Below are positions 30,581 to 40,515 of a DNA stretch of 64,000 nucleotides, one piece after another. This DNA comes from Deltaproteobacteria bacterium (GTDB lineage Bacteria; Myxococcota_A; Polyangia; Polyangiales; Houyiibacteriaceae). The DNA is taken from positions 64,001 to 128,000 of the forward strand of contig JAXMNT010000013.1 of NCBI GenBank assembly GCA_034670305.1, given 5' to 3'. The notes below the pieces were generated by a model. That model saw only the letters and a list, made by a program, of their open reading frames with translations. It made no database searches and had not been told where the DNA came from. Position numbers and translations under genes: made by a program. Positions within the stretch are counted from its first letter, which is position 1; every line of letters starts with the position of its first letter.

Positions 30581-33500
30581 TTGGATCGCCCCGCGAACAG
30601 TCCGCCGACCGGCCCGCTGCATCAAGTGCAGCGGAGGCTCCAGGCCGAGGAGCTCATTCGATTGCGTCGGCCGGACGAGCAGCGGCGGTACGTGGCGAGT
30701 CAGCGGGCGGGCCGCATCGATCCGAACCCACATCAAATCGACGCGGTGGTGTTCGCACTCCGCCGCATTCCGGAGGGTGGCTGCATTCTCGCGGACGAGG
30801 TCGGACTCGGAAAGACGATCGAAGCCGGGCTGGTGATCGCCCAGATGCTCGCCGAGGGCGCGCGGCGGATCCTGCTCATCACGCCGAAGCCGCTGGTCGG
30901 CCAGTGGCGCGAAGAACTCTACGCGCTCTTCGACATCGTGGTGCGCGAAGGCAAAGCGGAGCGGAACGCGTTCGACGGAGACGGAGTGTTCCTGGTCGGG
31001 CGTGAGTCGGCCGGCACCAAGACCATGTCCGGTCTTCTGGAGCACAGCGCGCCGTTCGACTTGTGCGTGGTGGACGAAGCGCACGAGCTCTTCGCGGGCA
31101 TCTACAAACGGTACGCCGCGGACGGGTCCTACAAAGACGACGCAGGCCACGCGAAGGTGGCGCACCGAGTGCGGGAAGTGCTCGGCGCGACGCCGGTGCT
31201 GCTCTTGACCGCGACGCCTATCCAGAACTCCCTCGCCGAACTCTGGGGACTGATCCAGTACGTCGATCCCTCCGGCACGTTGCTGGGCGACCTCCCGACC
31301 TTTCGAGAGCTCTTCACCGGCCAGGACGACCGCTCCCTCGCGCCGGGTGCGGACCACGAGCTGCGCCGGCGGGTGCAGCGGGTCGTGCAACGCACGCTCC
31401 GCCGGCAAGCGCAGGAGTTCATGGAGCAGCCGTTCGTGGGCCGGCGCGCGCGCACGTTCGAATACAAGATGACCGAGGAAGAGAAGGTCATCTACGACGA
31501 CGTGACCCGGTACTTGCTCAGCCCGAACCTGCAGGCGTTCCGCGGCACGCACCGCAGCCTTCTGCTGCTCGGGTTTCACCGGCGCATGGCGTCGAGCAAA
31601 GCCGCGCTCGCGCGCAGCCTGAAGAATGTCGAGAACCGGCTTCAGCGCATGCTCACCGCGGCGCAGGCCGGGCGGTTCGACGAGGGGGAAGAGACCGCCC
31701 GCGTGTTCGTCGACGACCTCGATGGCGACGACGAGATCGTGCTCGCGCTCAGCGCCGAGTCGGAGGACGAAGGCAAGGTCGACCCCGAAGCGGTGCGGCT
31801 CGAACTCGAGCGGGTGACCGACCTGCGCGCCCGCACCGAAGCGCTCGCGGTGGACAGCAAAGCCCAGGCGTTGATCCAGGCAGTCCGGGCGGTGCTCGAA
31901 CGGGGCCAGTCGTCCAAAGGCGGTCCGGCGGCGGGGTCGGGCAAACTCGTGCTCTTCACCGAGTCCCTCACCACCCAGGACTACCTGCGGGACCTGCTGG
32001 TGGAGTCCGGGCTCGTGACCGAAGGCGAGATCACCCTCTTCCGCGGGGACAACCGCGGGGCCCGCGCCAAAGAAGCGCTCGCGCGGTGGGAAAAGGAAGT
32101 CGAGACCGCCGCCGGCACCACGCCGCCGAGCCGAGACACCGCGACGCGACTCGCGCTGGTGCACGAGTTCCGAACGCGCAGCCGGGTGTTCATCTCGACC
32201 GAAGCCGGCGCCAAGGGTCTGAACTTGCAGTTCTGCGACACGCTCGTGAACTACGACCTGCCGTGGAACCCGCAGCGGATCGAACAGCGCATCGGGCGAT
32301 GTCACCGGTACGGACAGACCCGCGACGTCACGGTCATCAACTTCCTCGCGAGCGACAACGAAGCGCAACAGCTCACCTACGAGATCCTCAGCCGCAAGCT
32401 CGAGCTCTTCGGCACCGTGCTCGGCGCGTCCGACGTCATTCTCCACCAGCCGAGTGGCGAGACGAGCGAGTCGGTCCTCTCCTCGCTCTCGACCGACTTC
32501 GAGAAGCAGCTCGGCGCCATCTACCGGCGTGCGCGCTCGCTCGAGGAGATCACCGCGGAGCTCCGCAAGTTGCGCGACGAGACCGAAGCGAAGCGCACCA
32601 GCTTCGAAGCCGAGCACGCGCGCACCTCGCAGCTGATTCAGAGCCGATTCGACGAGTCGGTGCGCTCCGCGTTCCGGAAGATCGCCGAGCAGACCCCGGT
32701 GGAACTCGCCGCGCTCGACCGCGACCTCGAAGCGGTGCTGAACGCGTTCCTGAACGCGGTGGGCGCGCCGCACGAACGAGAAGAAGCCGCCGGCGCGGTG
32801 CGGTATCGAATCGGTGCCTGCGCGGCCCTTCCCGGCGCGCTCCGGGAAGGCACCGACGTGTGGATCGGCCAACCCAAGGCAGCCCACCGGCCACCAGCCC
32901 TGCACCTGGCGCATCCATTGGTGCGCGCCGCCATCGACGAGGCGCGCGAGGCCACCCAGAGCACGCAGCACGTGGAGCTCGCCGCGTCGGAGTCGGGCCC
33001 GCTCGCAGGCGCGCGCGGTTGGGTGCGGGTCTCGAAGGTCCGCCGCGACGGACTCGAGCCGGTCGAACAACTCGTCGCGGTGGGCACCCGCTTTGTGGGC
33101 GATGCGGTGGAGCCACTCGACCCGGAGACGATCGACGCACTCCTCTCGGGTGAGCTGCGCTCCGTCGCGGGGGACGCCGCGACCGACGCCCCCTCCGAGG
33201 CCCTTGAAGACGCGCTCGAAGAAGCGATGTTCCTGGCAGAGGCGGATCTCGAAGCCGCGGAGGCGACCCACTTCGAAGAGCGGCTGGAACGGCTGGAGCG
33301 TTTTGTCGAAGACCGGCTGCTCGTGCTCTCGCGACGCCAGCACGAGCTGACCAAACAACGCACCGAAGCCGAACATGCACGGGAGGCGGCCCTCGCACCG
33401 GCCACCCGCGAGCGGGCCGAGGAACGACTGCGGCGGGTTGCCGAACGTTTGGAGCAGATCGAGGTGGAGGTCGACCGGCTGCGGCGCCGGGAAGACGAGC

Positions 33501-33595
33501 GGTACACCGCGCTGAAAGAGGCGCTCTACCTCCGACGGTTCGCACCGCCCACCATCGAGACGCTGTTCGAGATGTCCTGGAGGGCCGCGCCGTGA
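30581..33595 (+). CDS. SNF2/RapA-family helicase with a C-terminal coiled coil
   Basis: NPHQ, LADEVGLGKT, VVDEAH, LLTATPIQN, STEAGAKGLNLQ, NYDLPWNPQRIEQRIGRCHRYGQ. Confidence 0.95.
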   Translation: MDRPANSPPTGPLHQVQRRLQAEELIRLRRPDEQRRYVASQRAGRIDPNPHQIDAVVFALRRIPEGGCILADEVGLGKTIEAGLVIAQMLAEGARRILLITPKPLVGQWREELYALFDIVVREGKAERNAFDGDGVFLVGRESAGTKTMSGLLEHSAPFDLCVVDEAHELFAGIYKRYAADGSYKDDAGHAKVAHRVREVLGATPVLLLTATPIQNSLAELWGLIQYVDPSGTLLGDLPTFRELFTGQDDRSLAPGADHELRRRVQRVVQRTLRRQAQEFMEQPFVGRRARTFEYKMTEEEKVIYDDVTRYLLSPNLQAFRGTHRSLLLLGFHRRMASSKAALARSLKNVENRLQRMLTAAQAGRFDEGEETARVFVDDLDGDDEIVLALSAESEDEGKVDPEAVRLELERVTDLRARTEALAVDSKAQALIQAVRAVLERGQSSKGGPAAGSGKLVLFTESLTTQDYLRDLLVESGLVTEGEITLFRGDNRGARAKEALARWEKEVETAAGTTPPSRDTATRLALVHEFRTRSRVFISTEAGAKGLNLQFCDTLVNYDLPWNPQRIEQRIGRCHRYGQTRDVTVINFLASDNEAQQLTYEILSRKLELFGTVLGASDVILHQPSGETSESVLSSLSTDFEKQLGAIYRRARSLEEITAELRKLRDETEAKRTSFEAEHARTSQLIQSRFDESVRSAFRKIAEQTPVELAALDRDLEAVLNAFLNAVGAPHEREEAAGAVRYRIGACAALPGALREGTDVWIGQPKAAHRPPALHLAHPLVRAAIDEAREATQSTQHVELAASESGPLAGARGWVRVSKVRRDGLEPVEQLVAVGTRFVGDAVEPLDPETIDALLSGELRSVAGDAATDAPSEALEDALEEAMFLAEADLEAAEATHFEERLERLERFVEDRLLVLSRRQHELTKQRTEAEHAREAALAPATRERAEERLRRVAERLEQIEVEVDRLRRREDERYTALKEALYLRRFAPPTIETLFEMSWRAAP

Positions 33596-34839
33596 CCCTC
33601 AAGGTCCTTCACACCGCGGACTGGCACCTGGGACGCGCGTTCCCCTCGTTCGACCGCGCGGACGCGGAGACGCTCTCGCGCGCGCGTTTCGAAGTCGTGG
33701 AGCGGATCTTCGGGCTCGCGAAGCGCCACCAGGTCGACGCGGTGTTGTGTGCGGGCGACCTCTTCGACGAACCGCGGCCGGACCGCGCCTGGTACCACCG
33801 CCTGGCGCAGATCCTGAAGACCCACGGCACGGGCGTGCCGGTCGTCTTGTTGCCGGGCAACCACGATCCGCTGGTGCCGGGAAGCGTCTGGCATCCGGAC
33901 CACGAGATGCGCCGGCTGCTCCCACCCTTCGCCCACGTGGTCGATCGCGGCGACTTCGAGCTTGCGCTCGGCGACCACGCGGTCGTGCTGGCCCGCCCGT
34001 GTACGAGCAAGTCCGGGCAGCGGGACAACGCGCTCGCGCTGCCGGACCGCGCGCCGGGCGACGAGCGCATCCGCATCGGCATGGCGCACGGATCGAGCTT
34101 CGACGAGCGCGGGTGGGAGACCAACTTCCCCATCGCGAAGGACGCCGCCATCCGCCGCGGGCTCGACTACCTCGCGATCGGCGACACCCACACGTTCCGG
34201 GAGGTGCCCCCCGACGCGGAGGTCCCCACCGTCTATCCAAGCGCGCCGGAGGCGACCAACTTCGGCGAGAAGGGCACCGGGTTCGTCGCGTCCGTCTTCT
34301 TCAAGCGGCATGGCCGGCGGGCGATCGTCCGCAAGGAGCGGGTGGCGCGTTGGCGGTGGCGGCACGAGCGGATCACGTCGATCGAAGCGCTGCGCACCCT
34401 GGCCTCGGAAGAGCTCGCGCACACGGTGCTGCGGCTCGAGCTGGCGATGACCGCCAATGCGGCCGAGCACGACGAAGTGGACGCCATCGTGCTGGCGCTC
34501 AAGGGCAACGAAGCGGCGCACGGACGCGCTGGGGTGCTGCAACTTCAACTCGCAGAGATGGAGCTGCGCACCGACGACATCGAACGCTACTTCGAAGGGC
34601 TCCCGGATGTGTTGCGCGCGACGGCGTCCAAGCTGCGCGAGCTCGAACAGGGCGAGTTCCCGACCCGCGCCCGCCGCGCGCTCTACCACCTGTACCGCCT
34701 CACCCGGGGCCTCGGCGACGGTGCGCGCGACGCCGACGCACCTGGACACGACGCGCCCGGACACGACGCGCCCGGACACGACGCGCCCGGACACGACGCG
34801 CCCGCCACCGAGTCCAATGGATCGGAGAGCGACGCGTGA
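33592..34839 (+). CDS. Mre11/SbcD/YhaO-like metallophosphoesterase nuclease
   Basis: HTADWHLG, AGDLFD, PGNHD, AHGS, LAIGDTH, YPSAPE; GTGA overlap with the helicase. Confidence 0.92.
   Translation: MTLKVLHTADWHLGRAFPSFDRADAETLSRARFEVVERIFGLAKRHQVDAVLCAGDLFDEPRPDRAWYHRLAQILKTHGTGVPVVLLPGNHDPLVPGSVWHPDHEMRRLLPPFAHVVDRGDFELALGDHAVVLARPCTSKSGQRDNALALPDRAPGDERIRIGMAHGSSFDERGWETNFPIAKDAAIRRGLDYLAIGDTHTFREVPPDAEVPTVYPSAPEATNFGEKGTGFVASVFFKRHGRRAIVRKERVARWRWRHERITSIEALRTLASEELAHTVLRLELAMTANAAEHDEVDAIVLALKGNEAAHGRAGVLQLQLAEMELRTDDIERYFEGLPDVLRATASKLRELEQGEFPTRARRALYHLYRLTRGLGDGARDADAPGHDAPGHDAPGHDAPGHDAPATESNGSESDA
34735..34803 (+). repeat. 15-bp tandem repeat (GACGCGCCCGGACAC, about 4.6 units) encoding DAPGH at the nuclease C-terminus
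   Basis: Read directly. Confidence 0.92.
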
Positions 34840-37800
34840 AGCTGATCAAGCTCACCTGCTCCGATTTCGCGCGCATCGCGTACGCGTCGGTGCCGCTCGG
34901 TCCCGGACTGAACGTGCTCTACGGGCCGAACGACCTCGGCAAGTCGACGCTCGCCAAGGCACTCCGGGCGGTGCTTCTGTTGCCGCACACATCCCGCGCG
35001 ATCGAAGCATGGACCCCATGGAACCGGGAGGCCTCGCCGTGGGTGGAGCTCACCTTCCGTGGCGACGACGGTCGCGTGTGGCGCGTGCGCAAGGAGTACG
35101 CGCGAAGCGGCGGCACCTCGCTGCTGACCGCGAGCACCGACGGAGAGACCTTCACCGAAGAGGCCAAAGGCCGCCATGTGGACGGAGTGCTTCGCGAACT
35201 CTTGCGTTGGGGCATTCCGGGACCGGGCGGCAAGGGCAGTCCGCGCGGCATGCCCCAGAGTTTTCTCGCGCAGGCGTTGCTCGGGGAACAAGGCGACGCG
35301 GCGCTCGCGCTCGCAGCCTCACTTACCGGCGACGCGGACGAGAGCGGGCGCGATCGCCTCACAGAAGCCCTCGAAGCGCTGGCCGTCGACGAGCGGTTTC
35401 GGTCGGTGCTCGACGCTGCGGACCAGAAGGTGTCTCTGGCGTACAGTCCGAGTGGCAAGCCGAGCAGCGCGCGGCAATCGCCGTTTCGAGTCGCCAAGGA
35501 CGAGGTGCTCGAAGCGCGGCGGGCGCTCGAAATCGCGACCGAGGCACTCGACCGGACCACCGACGCGACTCGGCAAGGCAGCCTGCTCGAGGCCGACCTG
35601 CTCGCGGCGACCGATGCCCGAGACGAACTTCGACGGAGGCTCTCGGCGGCACGGACGCGCGCGGACGTGGCAGCCGCCCGGGCGAGGGCGGCGGAGGTGC
35701 ATGCAGACCGCGCCGCGCAACTCGAACGGGTCCAAGCTGCCCGGGCGCGCGCCGAGACGAGCGCTCTCGAAAAGCAGGAAGCGGAGTCCGGCGCGACCGA
35801 GGCGGCGTTGGCGCTGGAGCGGGCACGCGCCGAAGAGGCGACCCAGCTGGCGCACCTGGCGAGCGCGCGCGACGTGCTGCGGACCGCGGGCGCGGACGAC
35901 CCACAGAGCGCGCGCAGCCAAGCGCGTGCGTCGCTGGAACGCGAACTCGGGGCGGCACGCCGGGCCCGCGATGAAGCGCGAGAAGCCGCCCGATCGCTCG
36001 CGACGCTGACCGCGGCGCGCGAGGCGCTGGCGCAACACGAAACCAACGTCGGTGCACTCGGCGCGCGGCACGCTTCCGAGCAGGCGGAACTCGAGCGGGT
36101 GGTGGCCGAGTTGCGCGACTCCAAGATCGCGCTGGCCGACCTCGCCGTGCACGACGCAGAGGCGGCGCTGGCATCGGTGGCATCAGACGAAGCGGCCATC
36201 GCGGAGCTCCGCGCCGATGCGGAACGCCAGGAGACACAAGCCACCGAACTCGAGGCCGAACTCGAGGCACTGCCGAGCGACGCGGCCCTCGCGGCACTTG
36301 CGTCGTTGCACGACGAGCTTCGATTCGCTCGCGAGGTTCTGAACGTGGGTCTGTCGGTGGCGCTGAGGAAACCGGCCGGCGTGACCTTGGATGCGCAAAC
36401 CGACGACGCCGCATGCGTGGTGGATCTGAGCACCGAGCAGGTCGAGCTCGAAGCGAACCGCACCGTCTCCATCAAAGCGTCTCTCGCGACTGGTGAGCCC
36501 GTGCTCGAGCTGCGGGTGTTCGCGGGTGCTGCGGATGCACGGGCCCGCGCCGCCGAGCTCGAGGCGCGCTGGCAAGACGAACAAGCGGTGCTCGGCGGCG
36601 TGGAACTCAGCGCATGTCGGCAATCGCGTGCGTCGCTCGCCGCGTCGATCGAAACGCATCGTCGGGACGCCGCGCACGCGCGAGAGCGCGCGACCGAGAC
36701 CGCCGCGCGACTGGGATCGAAGCGGGATGCGGAGCAGGCGCTTGCCCAGCGACGCGCGGAGCGGGAGGCGCTGGGATCCTCCCCGAGTGCGTTCGAAGGC
36801 GCCCAAGACCGCGGCGCACTGATCCGCGAACGGGACGCGCTGCAGGAGGACGTGGCCAAGCGCCGCGCGGCGGTGGATGCCCTCGCCGAGCGCCTGGCCG
36901 AGCTCGCTGCGCGCACCGCGGGGCTGAAGGCCGCCGCCGAAGCGGCTGCGCACGGCGCCACCGCTGGGGCGGAGACGCTGCCCTCCCGGGAGGCGGAGGT
37001 GCGGACGCTCGAGTCGCGCTTGGAGGACGCGCAACAAGAAGGGGACCGGACGCTCCAGCAAGCAGAGCACGCGGTGGATGTGGCCCGGACGAAGGCCGCC
37101 GAGGCGACCACTGCACGCCAAGGAGCGGAGGCTGCGGTGGAGGCGGCGCGGGATCGGCTGGCGCAGGCCCGCACCGAAGCGGCCGCCGCGGCGGGCGCAC
37201 TGGAGAACCTGGACGAGACCGCGGCAGAGGCCGCGATGCAGGAGGCCATCCAGACACTCGATGCTCGAACGCGTGCGCTCGAAGCCCTGCCCGCAGGCGG
37301 GTCGGTCGAGTCCCTCGAAGCCGAACTGAGCGCCGCGGAGATCCGACTTCGGGAAGCCGAAGCCGCCGCACAGAAACACGAGGGTCGGCTCGAAGAGGTT
37401 GGAGGCGTCGTGGCGGAGGAACGGCACCGGGTGGCCGAAGCCGCCTACGACGCGGCACTCGAACGACGTCAAGACGTGGAGACGGAGTTCGGCGCGTGGA
37501 AGTTGCTGGCCGACACGTTGCGCGAGGCGGAGCGCGATGTGGGCCACCACCTCGGCGAGAGCCTCTCCGGTCCCGTCTCGCAAGAGATGCGGCGGCTGCT
37601 CGACCGAGTCGACGCGACCACCCAGTACGAAGGGCTGTCCCTCGATGCGGATCTGGGCGGGGTCGGGGTGCGGCTCGGAGGCGAAGTTCGGTCGTTCACC
37701 CAGCTCTCGGTCGGTACCCAGGAGCAGATCGCCGCACTCTTCCGCCTGAGCATCGCCACGCACCTCGGCACGCCGATCGTGCTGGACGACCACCTGACCC

Positions 37801-37994
37801 ACACCGACCCCGTGCGGGTGCGGTGGTTCCGAGATCTGCTGCGGGCCGAAGCCCACCGAACCCAGATCGTGGTGCTCACCTGCCACCCGCTCGACTACCT
37901 GGACGAGGCGGATCTGCCGGAAGAAGGCCGCCCCTTCCGAGACCGCGCCGCAGGGCTCGTGCGGGCCGTCGACCTCACTCAGATCATCGAGTGA
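34836..37994 (+). CDS. Rad50/SbcC/YhaN-like SMC-type ATPase
   Basis: GLNVLYGPNDLGKST (Walker A), long Ala/Glu coiled coils, LSVGTQEQ signature, PIVLDD (Walker B), VLTCH; GTGA overlap. Confidence 0.92.
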   Translation: MKLIKLTCSDFARIAYASVPLGPGLNVLYGPNDLGKSTLAKALRAVLLLPHTSRAIEAWTPWNREASPWVELTFRGDDGRVWRVRKEYARSGGTSLLTASTDGETFTEEAKGRHVDGVLRELLRWGIPGPGGKGSPRGMPQSFLAQALLGEQGDAALALAASLTGDADESGRDRLTEALEALAVDERFRSVLDAADQKVSLAYSPSGKPSSARQSPFRVAKDEVLEARRALEIATEALDRTTDATRQGSLLEADLLAATDARDELRRRLSAARTRADVAAARARAAEVHADRAAQLERVQAARARAETSALEKQEAESGATEAALALERARAEEATQLAHLASARDVLRTAGADDPQSARSQARASLERELGAARRARDEAREAARSLATLTAAREALAQHETNVGALGARHASEQAELERVVAELRDSKIALADLAVHDAEAALASVASDEAAIAELRADAERQETQATELEAELEALPSDAALAALASLHDELRFAREVLNVGLSVALRKPAGVTLDAQTDDAACVVDLSTEQVELEANRTVSIKASLATGEPVLELRVFAGAADARARAAELEARWQDEQAVLGGVELSACRQSRASLAASIETHRRDAAHARERATETAARLGSKRDAEQALAQRRAEREALGSSPSAFEGAQDRGALIRERDALQEDVAKRRAAVDALAERLAELAARTAGLKAAAEAAAHGATAGAETLPSREAEVRTLESRLEDAQQEGDRTLQQAEHAVDVARTKAAEATTARQGAEAAVEAARDRLAQARTEAAAAAGALENLDETAAEAAMQEAIQTLDARTRALEALPAGGSVESLEAELSAAEIRLREAEAAAQKHEGRLEEVGGVVAEERHRVAEAAYDAALERRQDVETEFGAWKLLADTLREAERDVGHHLGESLSGPVSQEMRRLLDRVDATTQYEGLSLDADLGGVGVRLGGEVRSFTQLSVGTQEQIAALFRLSIATHLGTPIVLDDHLTHTDPVRVRWFRDLLRAEAHRTQIVVLTCHPLDYLDEADLPEEGRPFRDRAAGLVRAVDLTQIIE

Positions 37995-38019
37995 TCCGGC
38001 GCCGCGTCCCCCGATGGGC

Positions 38020-38039
38020 CACTCGACTCGCGTCGAGTG
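38020..38039. terminator. Hairpin between convergent genes
   Basis: CACTCGAC-TCGC-GTCGAGTG. Confidence 0.35.
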
Positions 38040-38057
38040 CGGCCCACGAGTTCGTGA

Positions 38058-40364
38058 TCAGCGCGAGACGGACAGGTTGTAGACGCCCTGGGTGCAGGTG
38101 GTCACGGGCATCACCCGCCGCACCCGAATGAGGACTGTGGACGGCCACGACACGAGGTGGGGACCGGTGTACGCGTTGATGCCGGAGGATGCGTCGTCGA
38201 CGAAGGTGTACGAGACGATGTCCGTCGCGGCGCCCGTCGCCACCGGAGCCGTGGTTCCGGTGCAGTTCGTGAAGACATCGAAGCGGAAGTTGGGTGCGCT
38301 GGGCCCCGTGAGGCTGAGCTGAATGTTTCCGTTGACCGGCCCGCGGGACGTGCTCGGGAAGTTCACCGTGAACCATGCTTCGGATCCGTCGGCAATCACG
38401 CCGGTCGTCGAGGCGGCCCCACCCGCGGCGATCGTGCCGAGCGGACTCGCGGCGGCGCAGACCGGGCTGCCCGCGGTTCCGGCCGAACACTCACAGCCAT
38501 CGGAGTAGGTGCCGTTCACGTCGAACTGACCCGCGTTGCACTCGAACGAGCACATGCCGGCAGCGCACATGTAGTTGGTCGCGCCCGGTGCAGCCGGGCA
38601 GAGCGCGGCGCCGGTTCCGTCGTCCGGCGTGCCGTCGCAATCGTCGTCGAGCAGGTTGCAGGACTCGAGCACGGGCGCACCAGGGGTGCACATGTTCGGG
38701 ACGCCGCCCGAACATCGCTGCACGGTGCGGCTGCACTCGCCGACGCCGCACGTCACGGTGTCGGCCGCGTCGTCCAGATCACGGCACATGCCCGGCATCA
38801 TGCCGGTGCAGGTGCCGGCCACTGGGGCTTGGCAGGTGTTGTTGCAGTCGATCTGGAGTGGGCCCGTCGGCTGCATGGGGCACTGGGTCGCCGGCGAGAT
38901 GCAGGCGCGCGCGCCGTTGCAGGTGGCCACGGTGTCGGTGACGTCCTGGCGCGAGAAGCACGTGTCGGTGCCGCCAGAGAAGCCGCTGTAGTACCCGCTG
39001 CAGGAGTAGCCGAGACATTCGTTGTCGATGTCGGCCGTCGGGGGCACCGGTGCACAGGAGCCTTCGAGGCCGGGCAGGTCGCACGCCTCGCAGGTGCCGC
39101 TGCACATGGAGTTGCAGCACCGGCCGTCGACGCAGAACAGGTCGGACTGACAGTCGGGGGTGCGTCCGCAGATACCGCCCGGGGGCCGGTCGGGGACGCA
39201 GAAGCCACCTTCGCAGTGGGCCGCGTCGATGCACTCGCCGTCGCCGATGCAGCTGGTCGGGCAATCCGGCTCCATCTGATCGCTCGTGCCATCACAGAAG
39301 ACCGGGTCGTAGGGCGCGCAGTTCAACGCTTCGACGGAGCTGGTACAGGCCGAGTCGTCCTCGATGCCTTCGATGGTCTCGCACCGGAACTCTGCGTTGC
39401 ATTGGGTCTCCCCTCGGGTGCCCTGGCAGGTCTCGGCGTCGTCGCAGAGCGTGGTCGGCATGCCGCCGCCCGGGCAGTCCGCCGTCTCGAAGCAGCAGGT
39501 GCCGCCCGAACAACAGAACCCGTTGTCGCAGTGCCCGGCGCTGCAGTCGGAATCTTCGTCGCACATGCCGCCGTCCGGCACGTCGGGCTCGCACAGGCCG
39601 CCGTCGCAGTGCGCCGGTTCGATGCAGAGCGCGTCGGAGTCCACGCCCTCGTCACTGCAGCTCGCAGCACAGGTGGTGCCCATCTCGCCGCCCTCGGCGC
39701 AGGTGAAGAGCATGCAATCGACGACGTCTCCGTCCGCGCACATCGCATCCGTGCAGGTCGCCCCGCTGACGCCGGTGTAGGTGCCGTCGCCGTCGTCGTC
39801 GCATCGCCCGGACACGCAATCGGTGGGGGGATCATCAACGGAACCGTCGCAGTCCTCGTCGATGCCGTTGCAGATCTCCATCATCGCTGGGTTGCGGAGA
39901 GGATCTTCGTCGTCGCAGTCGGGTCCGAGACATCCGATGCCCTGACCGTGTTCGTCTTCGTCCTCGTCGATGCAGCACGGACCACCCGAGGGAATGCAAA
40001 TGGGGTTGCCGTCCGTGCCAGCCGTCAGGTCGACCACGCAGTTGAAGCCGGTCGGACAGTTCGGGATGTCTGGGTTGCATGAAACGACGCATGCTTGCTC
40101 GCCACTGCTGAGCGTCGCGCAGAAGTTGCTCGCCCCACACTCGACGTGTTCGGTGCAGGTCTCACAGAGTCCGACCGTTTCGAACCCGGCGTCCGAGCCG
40201 GCGTCGGGGTCGGGCGGGGTGTCGGGCGGACCGGCGTCGGGGAGGCCGCTGTCGCCGAGCCCAGCGTCTTCGCCTTCACCGGCATCCCCTTCGGGGGGGC
40301 TTACGCCGCCAGCGCACCCGGCCAAGAGCAAGATACCCGCGAGTGCGACCCGAACACCATTCAT
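38058..40364 (-). CDS. Large Cys-rich lipoprotein with putative metal-binding repeats
   Basis: LLAGC lipobox; DCDDEDP..EICNGIDEDCDG, ESCNLLDDDCDG; many Cys repeats. Confidence 0.85.
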   Translation of the reverse strand: MNGVRVALAGILLLAGCAGGVSPPEGDAGEGEDAGLGDSGLPDAGPPDTPPDPDAGSDAGFETVGLCETCTEHVECGASNFCATLSSGEQACVVSCNPDIPNCPTGFNCVVDLTAGTDGNPICIPSGGPCCIDEDEDEHGQGIGCLGPDCDDEDPLRNPAMMEICNGIDEDCDGSVDDPPTDCVSGRCDDDGDGTYTGVSGATCTDAMCADGDVVDCMLFTCAEGGEMGTTCAASCSDEGVDSDALCIEPAHCDGGLCEPDVPDGGMCDEDSDCSAGHCDNGFCCSGGTCCFETADCPGGGMPTTLCDDAETCQGTRGETQCNAEFRCETIEGIEDDSACTSSVEALNCAPYDPVFCDGTSDQMEPDCPTSCIGDGECIDAAHCEGGFCVPDRPPGGICGRTPDCQSDLFCVDGRCCNSMCSGTCEACDLPGLEGSCAPVPPTADIDNECLGYSCSGYYSGFSGGTDTCFSRQDVTDTVATCNGARACISPATQCPMQPTGPLQIDCNNTCQAPVAGTCTGMMPGMCRDLDDAADTVTCGVGECSRTVQRCSGGVPNMCTPGAPVLESCNLLDDDCDGTPDDGTGAALCPAAPGATNYMCAAGMCSFECNAGQFDVNGTYSDGCECSAGTAGSPVCAAASPLGTIAAGGAASTTGVIADGSEAWFTVNFPSTSRGPVNGNIQLSLTGPSAPNFRFDVFTNCTGTTAPVATGAATDIVSYTFVDDASSGINAYTGPHLVSWPSTVLIRVRRVMPVTTCTQGVYNLSVSR

Positions 40365-40515
40365 GGACACGAGTGTAGCTGGGTTTGACCCCTTCGCGGA
40401 AGGGGACCCCCTCGATCCTCGTGTTCACCGGGGTGTGGCGAGGCTGGCCACGCACGAGACCCCGTGGAATCCCACCGGAAAGCGACGCTTGCCCACCCCC
40501 GAAAAACTGCCCGGG

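Noticed and set aside
30581-37994. Assignment to Wadjet, Lamassu, DISARM or Zorya
   Set aside because: Required partners (JetA/B/D, LmuA-type effector, DrmA/B and methylase, ZorA/B) were not recognised.
40389-40405. Hairpin CCCCTTC-GCG-GAAGGGG as a terminator
   Set aside because: The inverted repeat is real but short, lacks a U-tract on the transcribed strand, and lies just upstream of a start codon; function is unsupported.
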